Shown here: positions 19,547-28,605 of the stretch, piece after piece
Numbering within the stretch: position 1 is the stretch's first letter
Layout: every line of letters begins with the position of its first letter
DNA from: Myxococcales bacterium
Lineage (GTDB): Bacteria; Myxococcota_A; UBA9160; SMWR01
Assembly (NCBI GenBank): GCA_029863845.1
Contig: JAOTUO010000002.1
Span: 1 to 42,218 of the forward strand
Reading direction: 5' to 3'
Length of the DNA: 42,218 bases
Made by a program: the position numbers and the translations under genes
Notes under the pieces: generated by a model
The model's input: only the letters and a program-made list of their open reading frames with translations
Databases searched by the model: none
Told to the model about the DNA's origin: nothing

Positions 19547-20122
19547 GTGCGCAATACAGCCCGTTTCGTCGTCGCCGCCGCTGCGTTTCTCGCGCTGCTG
19601 GGCGGGCTCCCCGGATGCGCCGCAGCGGAGGAGAACCCCGTGGTCGTCTTCACCACCTCCCTGGGAGAGATCCAGATCGAGCTCTACCCCGACAAGGCGC
19701 CGAAGTCCGTCGAGAACTTCCTGGCCTACGTCGACGACGGCTTCTACGACGGGACCGTCTTCCACCGCGTGATCCCGAGCTTCATGATCCAGGGCGGCGG
19801 GATGACCGCGGACATGACGCGCAAGTCCACCCGGCCCCCGATCGAGAACGAGGCGGACAACGGCCTCGAGAACGACATCGGCAGCGTCGCCTTCGCCCGC
19901 ACCCAGGTCAAGGACAGCGCCACGTCGCAATTCTTCATCAACGTGAAGGACAACGACTCCCTCAACCACGGACCCGGAAACGACGGCTACGCGGTCTTCG
20001 GCCGTGTGGCCGACGGGATGGACGTGGTGCAGAAGATCGTCGCGGTGCCGACGGGAACCCGGGCCGGGCACGCGAACGTGCCCACCACGCCCGTGGTGAT
20101 CGAGTCGGCGCGCCGGAAGTAG
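19547..20122 (+). CDS. cyclophilin-type peptidyl-prolyl cis-trans isomerase, probable lipoprotein
   Basis: [20 protein letters not shown] and [14 protein letters not shown] cyclophilin blocks. Signal peptide ending in the lipobox-like LGGLPGC. GTG start. Confidence 0.9.
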   Translation: MRNTARFVVAAAAFLALLGGLPGCAAAEENPVVVFTTSLGEIQIELYPDKAPKSVENFLAYVDDGFYDGTVFHRVIPSFMIQGGGMTADMTRKSTRPPIENEADNGLENDIGSVAFARTQVKDSATSQFFINVKDNDSLNHGPGNDGYAVFGRVADGMDVVQKIVAVPTGTRAGHANVPTTPVVIESARRK

Positions 20123-20159
20123 CCCCGGCGGCGCCCCGCGAGGCCCGGTCCGCGCGGGC

Positions 20160-21308
20160 TCAACCGATGCGTTTGGCGAGCCGGCGGACGGCGTCCTTCA
20201 CCTCCGCCGGGGGCGCCGACGTGTAGCAGAGCCGGACCCACTCGCCGTAGTCCCCTCCGCAGGAGGAACCGGGGGCGAGGGCGACGCCGTCGTCGAGGCA
20301 GTCGCTCAGGAAGCCTCGCAGGCCGCGGTCGTCGAGCGCGCGGCGCACGTCCAGGAAGAGAAAGGTCGAGCCCTCGGGCGGGGGCGTCCCCAGCTCGCTC
20401 GCCGCCGCCTCGGCGACCCCCCGATAGGACGCGCGCGCGCGTTCGACCCAGGCTCCGCCCTCGCGCAGGGCGCGCAGAGCCGCCACCTGCCCCATCGTGG
20501 GCGCGGAGTAGAAGGTGTGGGTGGCGATCTTTCCGGCCTGCGCCACCGCCTCCGTCGGGCCCACCAGATAACCCGTTCGATACCCGGCCATCCCGTACGC
20601 CTTGGAGAAGGAGAAGATGCTGAGCGTCCGCTCGGGGGCGAAGCGGCCGAGCGAGACGTGCTCGCCGCGGTACACGTAGTCCTCGTACACCTCGTCCGAG
20701 AGCAGCCACAGGTCCTCCCGCCGGGCGAACGCGGCCAGCGCCTCGAGCCAGGCCGGCGGCAGCACCCGCCCCGTCGGATTCGAGGGCGTCGAGACGTACA
20801 GCGCGGCGGTCCGCTGGCTGAGGCGCTCGCGCACGGCCGCGACGGCCGCCTCGGGCGAGTCGACGCGGTCGTAGAAGGGCACCTCGACGGGTGTGGCGCG
20901 AAACGACTGGACGATCCCGCGGATCAGCGGCCAGAAGGGCGCGAGAATCAGCACCTCCTCGCCGGGGGAGACGATCGCACCGACGGCGGCGCCGAGCGCT
21001 CCCGTCGCCCCCGCCGTCACCCACACCGACGCCGGGTCGCAGGCCAGCGCATTGCGGGTGCGGACCTTTCCCACGATCGCCTCGACCAGGTCGGGAATGC
21101 CCTGCGACTCGCTGTAGCGATGCAGGCCGGGGAAGTCGGCCTCGCGCAGGTCCTCGCAGCGGGCTCCGGCGAAGGGCTCCATCCACGTATCGCCCACGTG
21201 GAGCGGACACGCGCCGCGCTGGGCCGCGTCGAGCCGGCGGTCGGTCGGCGAGAACACCGCGCCGGGGATCGCGGCGACGGCGGGCGCGAAGCGCGGGGGA
21301 CGCGGCAC
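20160..21308 (-). CDS. class I/II pyridoxal-phosphate-dependent aminotransferase
   Basis: 382 aa. PLP-lysine block FSFSKAYGMAGYRTGY and NPTGRV block. GTG start lies 1 nt after the stop of the upstream epimerase-type gene. Confidence 0.85.
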   Translation of the reverse strand: MPRPPRFAPAVAAIPGAVFSPTDRRLDAAQRGACPLHVGDTWMEPFAGARCEDLREADFPGLHRYSESQGIPDLVEAIVGKVRTRNALACDPASVWVTAGATGALGAAVGAIVSPGEEVLILAPFWPLIRGIVQSFRATPVEVPFYDRVDSPEAAVAAVRERLSQRTAALYVSTPSNPTGRVLPPAWLEALAAFARREDLWLLSDEVYEDYVYRGEHVSLGRFAPERTLSIFSFSKAYGMAGYRTGYLVGPTEAVAQAGKIATHTFYSAPTMGQVAALRALREGGAWVERARASYRGVAEAAASELGTPPPEGSTFLFLDVRRALDDRGLRGFLSDCLDDGVALAPGSSCGGDYGEWVRLCYTSAPPAEVKDAVRRLAKRIG

Positions 21309-21309
21309 C

Positions 21310-22164
21310 TCAGGTCATCTCGGCGATCACGGCGCGGTAGCCCTCGCGGTACGTGGGGTACCGGAACGCGTAGCCGGACCCGAGCAGCCGCTCGTTCCGG
21401 CAGCGTTTGTTGCCGCCCGTCGCGCGCGCGTTGCCCTCCCTCGCCGGCACCTTGCGAGGCGGCTGCGCGCCCAGGGCACCCGCGAGCCATTCCAGCACGC
21501 TGCGCTCGTCCGTGGGCTCACAGTCGACCCCGAGATAGATCGGATCGGGGCTCTCGACGTTCATGAGGTGGCGGAGGGCCCCCGCGCAGTCGTCCCGGTG
21601 GATGCGATTCGTGAAGCGCGCGCGGCCGGACGCGTACTCGGCCCGACCGGCCCGCACGCTGTCGAAGAGCCGCGTGCGACGGGGGCCGTAGATCCCGCCG
21701 AACCGGACGACCACGCCCGGGAAAGGCCCTTCCAGCAACATGCGCTCGCCCTCGAGCAGGCGAGCCCCCGTGAAGTGCGTCGGCTGGGTCGGGGAGGACT
21801 CGTCGACCCACTCGCCGCGTTGCTGCGCGTAGACGGCGGTGCTCGAGACGAAGAACACGCGCGACGGTCGCTGTCCCTGCTTGCCGAGCGCCTCGAGCAG
21901 ATTGCGCAGGCCGTCGACGTAGGCGGCCCGATAGAGCGCATCCTCGCGGCCGGCGGCCGAGGCCAGGTAGAAGACGACGTCGAGATCGGACGGCAGCCCC
22001 TCGAGACTCGAGGGTACGGCCAGGTCGGCCGAGACGGGCAGGACCCCCTGCGGCAGGGAGAGCGGCCGGCGGCGCAGCCCCCAGACGCTGTGCGAGTCGG
22101 CGGCGAGCCGCTCCCCGAGCGCCGTGCCCACGTACCCGCAGCCCGCGATCAGAACCCTCGACAT
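21310..22164 (-). CDS. NAD-dependent epimerase/dehydratase-type SDR
   Basis: Inner ATG (MSRVLIAGCGYVGTALG, GxGxxG Rossmann) of ORF 21310..23130, in frame. The upstream part of that ORF is antisense to the amidotransferase gene. Confidence 0.8.
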   Translation of the reverse strand: MSRVLIAGCGYVGTALGERLAADSHSVWGLRRRPLSLPQGVLPVSADLAVPSSLEGLPSDLDVVFYLASAAGREDALYRAAYVDGLRNLLEALGKQGQRPSRVFFVSSTAVYAQQRGEWVDESSPTQPTHFTGARLLEGERMLLEGPFPGVVVRFGGIYGPRRTRLFDSVRAGRAEYASGRARFTNRIHRDDCAGALRHLMNVESPDPIYLGVDCEPTDERSVLEWLAGALGAQPPRKVPAREGNARATGGNKRCRNERLLGSGYAFRYPTYREGYRAVIAEMT

Positions 22165-22227
22165 CGGCCGATCCCCACTCACCCGCAGACGCCGGGGCGC
22201 TCCGCTCCCGGCGGTATACTCCGCACC

Positions 22228-22938
22228 ATGCGGCCGTTCATCGGCATCCCGCTGGGCCTGGACGACCGCGGCCGCTGGAACCCCGCCCGTGACTATCAGT
22301 ATATCGACAGCGCCTATGCGCGCGCCGTCGCCGATTGCGGCGGCGACGCCGTCGCCCTGCCGATCCAGGAGCGCGCCGAAGCGCTCGTGGAGCGCATCGA
22401 CGGTCTGCTGATCCCCGGCGGCGACGACTTCGCGCCGCCCCGCGCGTATCCGCAGGGCGTCGTCTTCGATCCCGCCCCGGAGCGTCAGATCGAATTCGAC
22501 CGGCGCCTGCTGGCGCACGCCCTCGGCCGCAACCTCCCCGTGCTCGCCATCTGCTACGGCATGCAGCTGCTGGCCCTGCACTTCGGCGGCGCGCTCGTGT
22601 ACGACATCCCCACGGACCGGCCCGACGCCGGACCGCACCGGCTCCCGGAGCGCGACGGCCGCCACGGCGTGCGCGTCGAGACGGGCACCCGCCTCGCGGC
22701 CGCCGTCGGCGAGACGCCCGAACCCGTCAACAGCCGGCACCACCAGGCCGTGGCCGAGCCGGGCGGCTCCATGCGCGTGTCCGCGCGCGCCAAAGACGGC
22801 CTGATCGAGGCCATCGAGCGCGAGGCTGCCGGCTTCTGCGTCGGCGTGCAGTGGCACCCCGAGCGCATGCGCGGACGCCACCGCGAAGGCCTGTTCGGCG
22901 CCTTCGTGGCGGCCTGTGCGGAGCGCCGCCCCGCCTGA
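22228..22938 (+). CDS. class I glutamine amidotransferase, peptidase C26 / gamma-glutamyl hydrolase (PuuD-like)
   Basis: Inner ATG of ORF 21568..22938, in frame. Nucleophile elbow LAICYGMQLL and VQWHPE His-Glu block. Confidence 0.8.
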   Translation: MRPFIGIPLGLDDRGRWNPARDYQYIDSAYARAVADCGGDAVALPIQERAEALVERIDGLLIPGGDDFAPPRAYPQGVVFDPAPERQIEFDRRLLAHALGRNLPVLAICYGMQLLALHFGGALVYDIPTDRPDAGPHRLPERDGRHGVRVETGTRLAAAVGETPEPVNSRHHQAVAEPGGSMRVSARAKDGLIEAIEREAAGFCVGVQWHPERMRGRHREGLFGAFVAACAERRPA

Positions 22939-22990
22939 GGCCGCGCCGGGGTGGGCGGAGCCGCTCCGAAGCGGAATACTAGGCACCACG

Positions 22991-23899
22991 ATGTGGTTGC
23001 GGCGTGCGTTCTCCAGCGTGTTCTGGGCGTTCCTCGTCGTCAGCTCGGTCGCCCTGTTTCCGATCGCCGTCTCGATCTGGCTGGTGACCGGGCTCTTCGA
23101 CCCGCGGCTGCGCGCCCTGCACCGCTTCACCTGCTTCTGGGCATCCCTCTACAGCTGGCTGAACCCGGCCTGGCGCGTGAGCGTGGAGAACGTGCACAAG
23201 ATCCGTCGCGACGAGACCTACGTCATGGTGGCGAACCACCAGTCCCTGCTCGACATCCTCGTGCTGTTCCGGATCTTCGCCCACTTCAAGTGGGTTTCGA
23301 AGATCGAGAACTTCCGCATCCCATTCGTCGGATGGAACATGTGGCTGAACCGCTACATCCGGCTCAAGCGCGGCGATCGGGCCAGCGTGGTTCGCATGCT
23401 CCGCGAGTGCGAGGAGACGCTGGCCGAGGGCAGCTCCATCATGATGTTTCCCGAAGGCACGCGCTCGCCCGACGGCCGGCTGCGCGCCTTCAAACCCGGG
23501 GCCTTCACCCTGGCCCAGTCCGCGCGGCGGCCGATCCTCCCGATCGTCATCCAGGGAACCGCGAACGCGCTTCCGAAGCGCGGCTTCGTGCTCCAGGGAC
23601 GGCACCCCATCCGCATCACCGTGCTCGACGAGATCCCGTACGCGAGCTTCGCCGACGAGCCCGTGGAGGCGCTCAGCGACCGCATCCGCAGCCTGATCGA
23701 GAGCCGCCTCGAGCCGCAGCCGAGCCCGCCGGCGACGGCCACCTCACCCGCTAGGCCGTCGTGGGATCGCTCGATCGCTGCCGGTGGAGTCGAGGGTCGA
23801 CGACGCTCGCCATCGCCTCGCGGTCGAGACCGCCGCCGAGAAAGCGATCGACCGCCGCCGCCGCCGCCTTCGGGTCCTCCAGCACCGCGTGGTAGTTGA
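22991..23899 (+). CDS. plsC: 1-acyl-sn-glycerol-3-phosphate acyltransferase family protein
   Basis: Inner ATG of ORF 22916..23899, in frame. N-terminal TM segment, NHQSLLD (HX4D) and FPEGTRS motifs. The last ~50 codons are Pro/Arg-rich and overlap the convergent sulfotransferase gene. Confidence 0.85.
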   Translation: MWLRRAFSSVFWAFLVVSSVALFPIAVSIWLVTGLFDPRLRALHRFTCFWASLYSWLNPAWRVSVENVHKIRRDETYVMVANHQSLLDILVLFRIFAHFKWVSKIENFRIPFVGWNMWLNRYIRLKRGDRASVVRMLRECEETLAEGSSIMMFPEGTRSPDGRLRAFKPGAFTLAQSARRPILPIVIQGTANALPKRGFVLQGRHPIRITVLDEIPYASFADEPVEALSDRIRSLIESRLEPQPSPPATATSPARPSWDRSIAAGGVEGRRRSPSPRGRDRRRESDRPPPPPPSGPPAPRGS

Positions 23900-24359
23900 T
23901 CGCGAGTGAGCGGAAGCCCGGCTGGGCCGCGACCCAGCGTTCGGCCTCGTTCAGCTGGGCGCGGAAGATGGCGGCGAGGCGCTCGGGGGCGAGCAGGTCC
24001 ACACCGGCACCGCGCCGCGCCAGCATCGCCCGCTGCGAGGCCATCACCTCCTCGAGCGGCCGCTGCATCCAGACCAGACGGTACTCGCGGTCTGCGGGCA
24101 GGGCCGTCACCAGCGCGTGGATCACCTTGACGGCGCGGCCGGCGGCGTCCTCCACCCAGGAGGCGTCGTACCGGGTGCGCTTGACGGCCTCGAGCTCGAA
24201 GTAGCCGCGTGGGTTGTGGGCGTCGGGCCGCCGCGCGCCGTCGGTGAGCGGCTCGATCCCGCCCGCGGCCAGCATCTGGAGCATGAGCGAGGTCCCCGAC
24301 CGCGGCACGCCCGTCACCACCGTGACGAAGGGGAGAGCCGAGGAAGCGCCGACCGCCAC
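23751..24359 (-). CDS. sulfotransferase family protein
   Basis: 202 aa. PAPS 5-prime-phosphosulfate loop TGVPRSGTSL and a 3-prime-phosphate-type R-x7-S block (MQRPLEEVMAS). Lies 6 nt downstream of the DCC gene on the same strand. Confidence 0.7.
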   Translation of the reverse strand: MAVGASSALPFVTVVTGVPRSGTSLMLQMLAAGGIEPLTDGARRPDAHNPRGYFELEAVKRTRYDASWVEDAAGRAVKVIHALVTALPADREYRLVWMQRPLEEVMASQRAMLARRGAGVDLLAPERLAAIFRAQLNEAERWVAAQPGFRSLAINYHAVLEDPKAAAAAVDRFLGGGLDREAMASVVDPRLHRQRSSDPTTA

Positions 24360-24365
24360 GGCGGC

Positions 24366-24827
24366 TCAGTCCAGGCAGCGCGAGCGTTCCGCGGCGGACG
24401 GCACGCGGCAGTCGCTGCGCCGTCCGAACACCCGGTAGCGAACGCGCGCGAACAGGCGGTAGGCGAGGTCGGTGCACCCGCGCGGAAGCCGGCTGAGGCA
24501 GGCGAGGCGCCGCCACGGGCCCTCGATCTCCGCGAGGACGCGGAGCGCGGCCTCCGATCGCAGGAAGACGCGAACCGATCCGTCGCTGGCGTCGACGTAC
24601 ACCAGGGTCGCGACGGCGTCGGGAATCTCCGGGTGGGCCCGCCGCAGCGCCGCGGCCGTCTCGCCCTGAAGAGGCGCGAAGCGCAGGCGCGCCGCGGGGT
24701 CGCGGTCGATGAGCCAGCGCACGAACCGGTCGCAGAAGACGCAGACCCCGTCGAACAGGACGATGCGGGACGGCAGCGACTGCGGCGCCCCCGACGGGGC
24801 GACCGTCTGGGAGCTCTCCACGGCCAT
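24366..24827 (-). CDS. DCC1-like thiol-disulfide oxidoreductase (DUF393)
   Basis: 153 aa. Signature FDGVCVFCDRFVRWL (CxxC). Confidence 0.8.
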   Translation of the reverse strand: MAVESSQTVAPSGAPQSLPSRIVLFDGVCVFCDRFVRWLIDRDPAARLRFAPLQGETAAALRRAHPEIPDAVATLVYVDASDGSVRVFLRSEAALRVLAEIEGPWRRLACLSRLPRGCTDLAYRLFARVRYRVFGRRSDCRVPSAAERSRCLD

Positions 24828-24880
24828 GCTCCGAGCCTAGCGCGCGGCGGTTGCGCCGCCCTGCCCGGGAGGGGCCCGCC

Positions 24881-27580
24881 TCAGGTCCTTTCACGCGCGC
24901 GGCCTTCGGCCTTGCCGGCGATCAGGGCCGGCAGAACGACCAGGTTGCAGAGGAGCGTGTAGGACACGCCGATGAGCAGCAACCGGCCCAGGCTCGCGAG
25001 GCCGGGATGCGTGGAGAGGGCGAGGCTGCCGAAGCTCCCCATCGTCGTGAGAGCGCTGAACAGCACGGCCTGGGCCGTGCTCGTGCCGAGAAGCTCCACC
25101 TCGGGCGCGGGGCCGTCCATCTCGTGCCCGTGCGCGACGCGGTGGCGGTGCACCAGATGGACGCCGCTGTCCACGCCGACCCCCAGCAACAGCGGCAGCA
25201 CCAGCACGTTCGCGAAGTTGAAGTCGATACCCAGCACCACCGCCGTCGCCGTGGTCAGGGCGGCGGCGAGCAGCAGCGGGAGGAGCACCAGCGCCATGTC
25301 CGAGAGCCGCCGCCACAGCACCCACAGGAGCGTCGCGACGGAGAGCACGGCGAGGCCGAGGGCGTCGCGAAACGACTCCACGACGGCGCGTCCCCAGAAG
25401 AGCAGGGCCACGGCGCTGCCCGTGGCGTGCGGCGCCACGCTCTGGACCCGCTCGACGAAGCGCGCGTACGCGTCGAGGTCGCCGAGGTTCTCGCTCGGAA
25501 GCACCTGCACGCGCGCGCGCCCGTCGGGCGCGACGAAGCGCGTGGCGAGTTCTTCGGGAAGATCGGCGAGCGTGACCTCGTCGGCGTCGATCGCGCGCCA
25601 CAGGCGTTGCATCTGATCCGGCATCGCGCCGGTCAGGCTCTCCTCGAACTGGTCGAGCTTCTCCTGCTTGCGGTCGATCGTCTCGAGTCGAGCCAGGAAG
25701 CGCTCCAGGTGCGCCGCCGCCCGCTCGGCGCTCGCGGCGCGCCCGGCGTCGCCATCCAGCAGCCACGGGGAGCGAAGCGCCTCCTGGAGGGCGCGCAGGG
25801 CCTCGATCTGATCGGCCAGGGGCGCGGCGGGCGCGGTCGCGCCGCTCGGCGTCGGAGGCACGAACAGCGACATGTCGGCGAGCAGGTCGAGCTTCTCCCC
25901 CTGCTCCGTCGGAACCCAGTCTCGCAGCGTGATCGCGCGCTCCACGACGTCGAGCTGGCGCAGGCGCTCCGCCGTGGCCGCGGCCTCCTCCAGGCTCGGG
26001 GCCATGAGGTCGATCGTCCAGGGCGAGGTGTCGCTCACGGCGAGCAGGTCCTCGAAGGCCTGCACCGACTCCGTCTCGGGGTCGCGCAACCTCGAGACGT
26101 TGTGGTCGAATCGCAGTCCGGGGATCGCCACCAGCGCCAGCAGCCCCAGCAGCGCGGCGGCGATCCGGACGTTCCTCGGGTGACGAACCGCGATGCCGAC
26201 GAGTGTCCGCTCGAACCAGGGCGCTCCCTTCCAGACGCGGCCGACGCTGCCCTTCGTCGCCGCCAGGATTGCGGGCATGACGGTCAAGCTGCAGAACAGG
26301 CTGAACAGCATGCCGGTGCCGGAGATCAGGCCCAGCTCCGCCACCGCCCGGAAGTCCGTGGGGATGAAGACGTAGAAGCCCATCGCCGTGGTGGCCGCGC
26401 ACAGGACCAGCGAGGCGCCGACGCTGCGGGCCGTCTCGGCCAGCGCCTGCGCGTCGTCGTCGCCGGCCCGAACCAGCTCGGCGAAGCGCATGCCCAGATG
26501 GATCCCGAAGTCGACCCCGAGCCCGATGAAGAGCACGGCGAACGCCACCGAGACGACGTTGAGCTTCCCCACCGCGAACGCCGCGAATGCGGCGGTCGCG
26601 ATCAGGCCCACCAGCAGTGCGCCCAGGATCGCGATCGCGATGCGCCAGGACCGCAGCGCGACGAACAGGACGATGCCGACGAGGACGAAGCACCCCACCG
26701 CGGCGAGGAGCGATTGCCGCGCCACGATCACCATCTCCTCGGTGTTGAGCGCGACGTTGCCGGTCACGCGCACGCTCACGCCGGCGCGAGCGTCGAGCCC
26801 CAGCTCCGCCGCGGTCTCGCGCACCGCGCGGATGGCGCGCCGGCCCGGCAGCAGGCTCGCGTAGTCGAAGAGGGGATCCAGAACGATCAGACGTCGCGCC
26901 CGGTCGCCGGGAAGCGTCCGCTCGATCAGGAGCTCCGTCCACGAGATCGCGCGCGGGCGCCCTTCGAGGACGGCCGCCGCGGCGGTGCTGAGGGAGTCGA
27001 ACACCAGGCTCATGTCGCCGACGGCCTCGGGATGGGTCCGCGCGTGCTCGATCCCGTTCCGCAGCACGTTCGCCAGGTTGCGCAGGCTGCGGTCGCGCGA
27101 GACCTCCGCCAGCAAGGGCTGGACGCTCGCGAGCTGGTCGGAGAGGTCCTCGAGCTCTTCGACGCTCAGGTACAGGAGCGCGTGCTGCTCGAAGAAATCG
27201 CCGCCGCCCGGAACGTAGACCCGCTCGAAGAGGTCCGTCTGAAGCGCGAGCCGCGCGGCAAGGGCGTCCGCCGCGTCCTGGGCGCGCCGCGGCGTCTCCG
27301 CGTCGATCACGACCAGCAGCGCCTCGTCGAGGATGGGGAAGAACTCCGCGAACGCCTGGTAGTCCTCCCAGAACGGAAGACCTTCGTCGAGGACCGCCGA
27401 GTGATGCGTGTTGATGCCCAGGTGGGTCGCGGCGTAGCCCGCGAGCGCGACGCTCACGAGCGCGGTCGCCGCCAGCACCGCGCGCGCATGACGGCGCACG
27501 CCGTCCACCCAGACGACGAGAGCTCGGCTCAGCCGATCGTCGACGCGGCCGCCCTCCGGCCCCCCCTGCTCCTCGGGCAT
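24881..27580 (-). CDS. RND/MMPL superfamily transporter, HpnN-like
   Basis: Inner ATG (MPEEQGG) of ORF 24881..28213, in frame, 899 aa. Two blocks of about six TM helices each are preceded by a large periplasmic domain. FIGLGVDFGIHL and LLLGVGVDSGVHLV are MMPL/HpnN-type motifs. Confidence 0.85.
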   Translation of the reverse strand: MPEEQGGPEGGRVDDRLSRALVVWVDGVRRHARAVLAATALVSVALAGYAATHLGINTHHSAVLDEGLPFWEDYQAFAEFFPILDEALLVVIDAETPRRAQDAADALAARLALQTDLFERVYVPGGGDFFEQHALLYLSVEELEDLSDQLASVQPLLAEVSRDRSLRNLANVLRNGIEHARTHPEAVGDMSLVFDSLSTAAAAVLEGRPRAISWTELLIERTLPGDRARRLIVLDPLFDYASLLPGRRAIRAVRETAAELGLDARAGVSVRVTGNVALNTEEMVIVARQSLLAAVGCFVLVGIVLFVALRSWRIAIAILGALLVGLIATAAFAAFAVGKLNVVSVAFAVLFIGLGVDFGIHLGMRFAELVRAGDDDAQALAETARSVGASLVLCAATTAMGFYVFIPTDFRAVAELGLISGTGMLFSLFCSLTVMPAILAATKGSVGRVWKGAPWFERTLVGIAVRHPRNVRIAAALLGLLALVAIPGLRFDHNVSRLRDPETESVQAFEDLLAVSDTSPWTIDLMAPSLEEAAATAERLRQLDVVERAITLRDWVPTEQGEKLDLLADMSLFVPPTPSGATAPAAPLADQIEALRALQEALRSPWLLDGDAGRAASAERAAAHLERFLARLETIDRKQEKLDQFEESLTGAMPDQMQRLWRAIDADEVTLADLPEELATRFVAPDGRARVQVLPSENLGDLDAYARFVERVQSVAPHATGSAVALLFWGRAVVESFRDALGLAVLSVATLLWVLWRRLSDMALVLLPLLLAAALTTATAVVLGIDFNFANVLVLPLLLGVGVDSGVHLVHRHRVAHGHEMDGPAPEVELLGTSTAQAVLFSALTTMGSFGSLALSTHPGLASLGRLLLIGVSYTLLCNLVVLPALIAGKAEGRARERT

Positions 27581-27668
27581 GGACGCACCCTCGTGCGGTG
27601 GAAGCCGCAACCCATAGCAGAGCGCCGATACGGACTCTAGGCAGGCGTCCGCCCGGCGCGCCGCCGTC

Positions 27669-28382
27669 TCACGCCCGCAGCAGCTCCGCAAAGCGGCGCA
27701 GGAGCGCCCGGCCGTCCGCGCTGTCGCGCACGTCTCGATGCAGACGCTCGGGATCCAGTCCCTCGCGGCGGAGGATCTCGCGACGTTCCTCGATGTAGGC
27801 GCGCGTGACGTCGGCGTCGAACTCCGGATGGAACTGCACGCCCCAGGCCGAGCGCCCCACCGCGAACACGTGGTTCGGGTCGCCCGCGCTCGCGGCCAGC
27901 AGCCGCGCCGCCGGCGGCAGCTCGAGGACCGATTCGACGTGGGTGGCCTGGACGCGCAACGGACTCGTGAAGCCGCCCAGCAGCGGGTCGTCGCGAGCAC
28001 CCTGGTAGAGCTCCACGTCGACGGTGCCGATCTCGCGGCCTCGCGGATTGACGCCGACCCGTCCCCCCAGGCCGTGCGCCAGGAGCTGGTGGCCGTAGCA
28101 GATCCCGAGCAGCGGCACTTCCGCCGCCACCGCCGTGGCGAGCCAGCGTGCGGCGCGCTCGCTCCAGGGCTCGCGCTCCGAAACCATGGCGCTCGATCCC
28201 GTGACCACGGCACCCGCCAGACGCTCCGGAGACGGCAGCCGATCGCCCGCGTGGACGCTCGCGACCTCGATCCGCTCGCCCGCGAGGCCGAGTCCGTCGC
28301 GGATCCAGTCCTCGTAGTCGCCGCGCCTCGCGAGCAACGAGGGGAGCGTGCAACCGGTCTTCACGATGAGCAGGGGGCGCAC
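27669..28382 (-). CDS. class I glutamine amidotransferase (stand-alone GuaA-N-like)
   Basis: 237 aa, GTG start. LLGICYGHQLL nucleophile elbow and VQFHPEF block. Confidence 0.8.
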   Translation of the reverse strand: MRPLLIVKTGCTLPSLLARRGDYEDWIRDGLGLAGERIEVASVHAGDRLPSPERLAGAVVTGSSAMVSEREPWSERAARWLATAVAAEVPLLGICYGHQLLAHGLGGRVGVNPRGREIGTVDVELYQGARDDPLLGGFTSPLRVQATHVESVLELPPAARLLAASAGDPNHVFAVGRSAWGVQFHPEFDADVTRAYIEERREILRREGLDPERLHRDVRDSADGRALLRRFAELLRA

Positions 28383-28605
28383 GGGGTTCGCGTCAGCCCC
28401 AACAGCCGACGGCGGCGCCCGCCCCCGCGGCGACGCGATCGCTCCGCGTTGCGGCGCCGCGATCGAGGTCCATCGCAGCGGGAGGCTATCAGCCGTCTTT
28501 CACGGCGCCACGACCGACGGCGACGGCGCGGCGCCCGGGACGGCGCACCCTTGTCCCGGTACGCACCCGCGGCATAGACTCGACCCGACGGGCGAGGAGG
28601 AGAGC

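Noticed and set aside
24881-27580. Calling the RND transporter a hopanoid transporter (hpnN)
   Set aside because: The family resemblance is good, but no squalene-hopene cyclase or hpn genes are in the window. I kept the HpnN-like family call only.
24851-27640. 929-aa plus-strand ORF
   Set aside because: Antisense to the RND/MMPL transporter. It has no TM or catalytic motifs and is rich in Arg/Gln/Glu low-complexity sequence.
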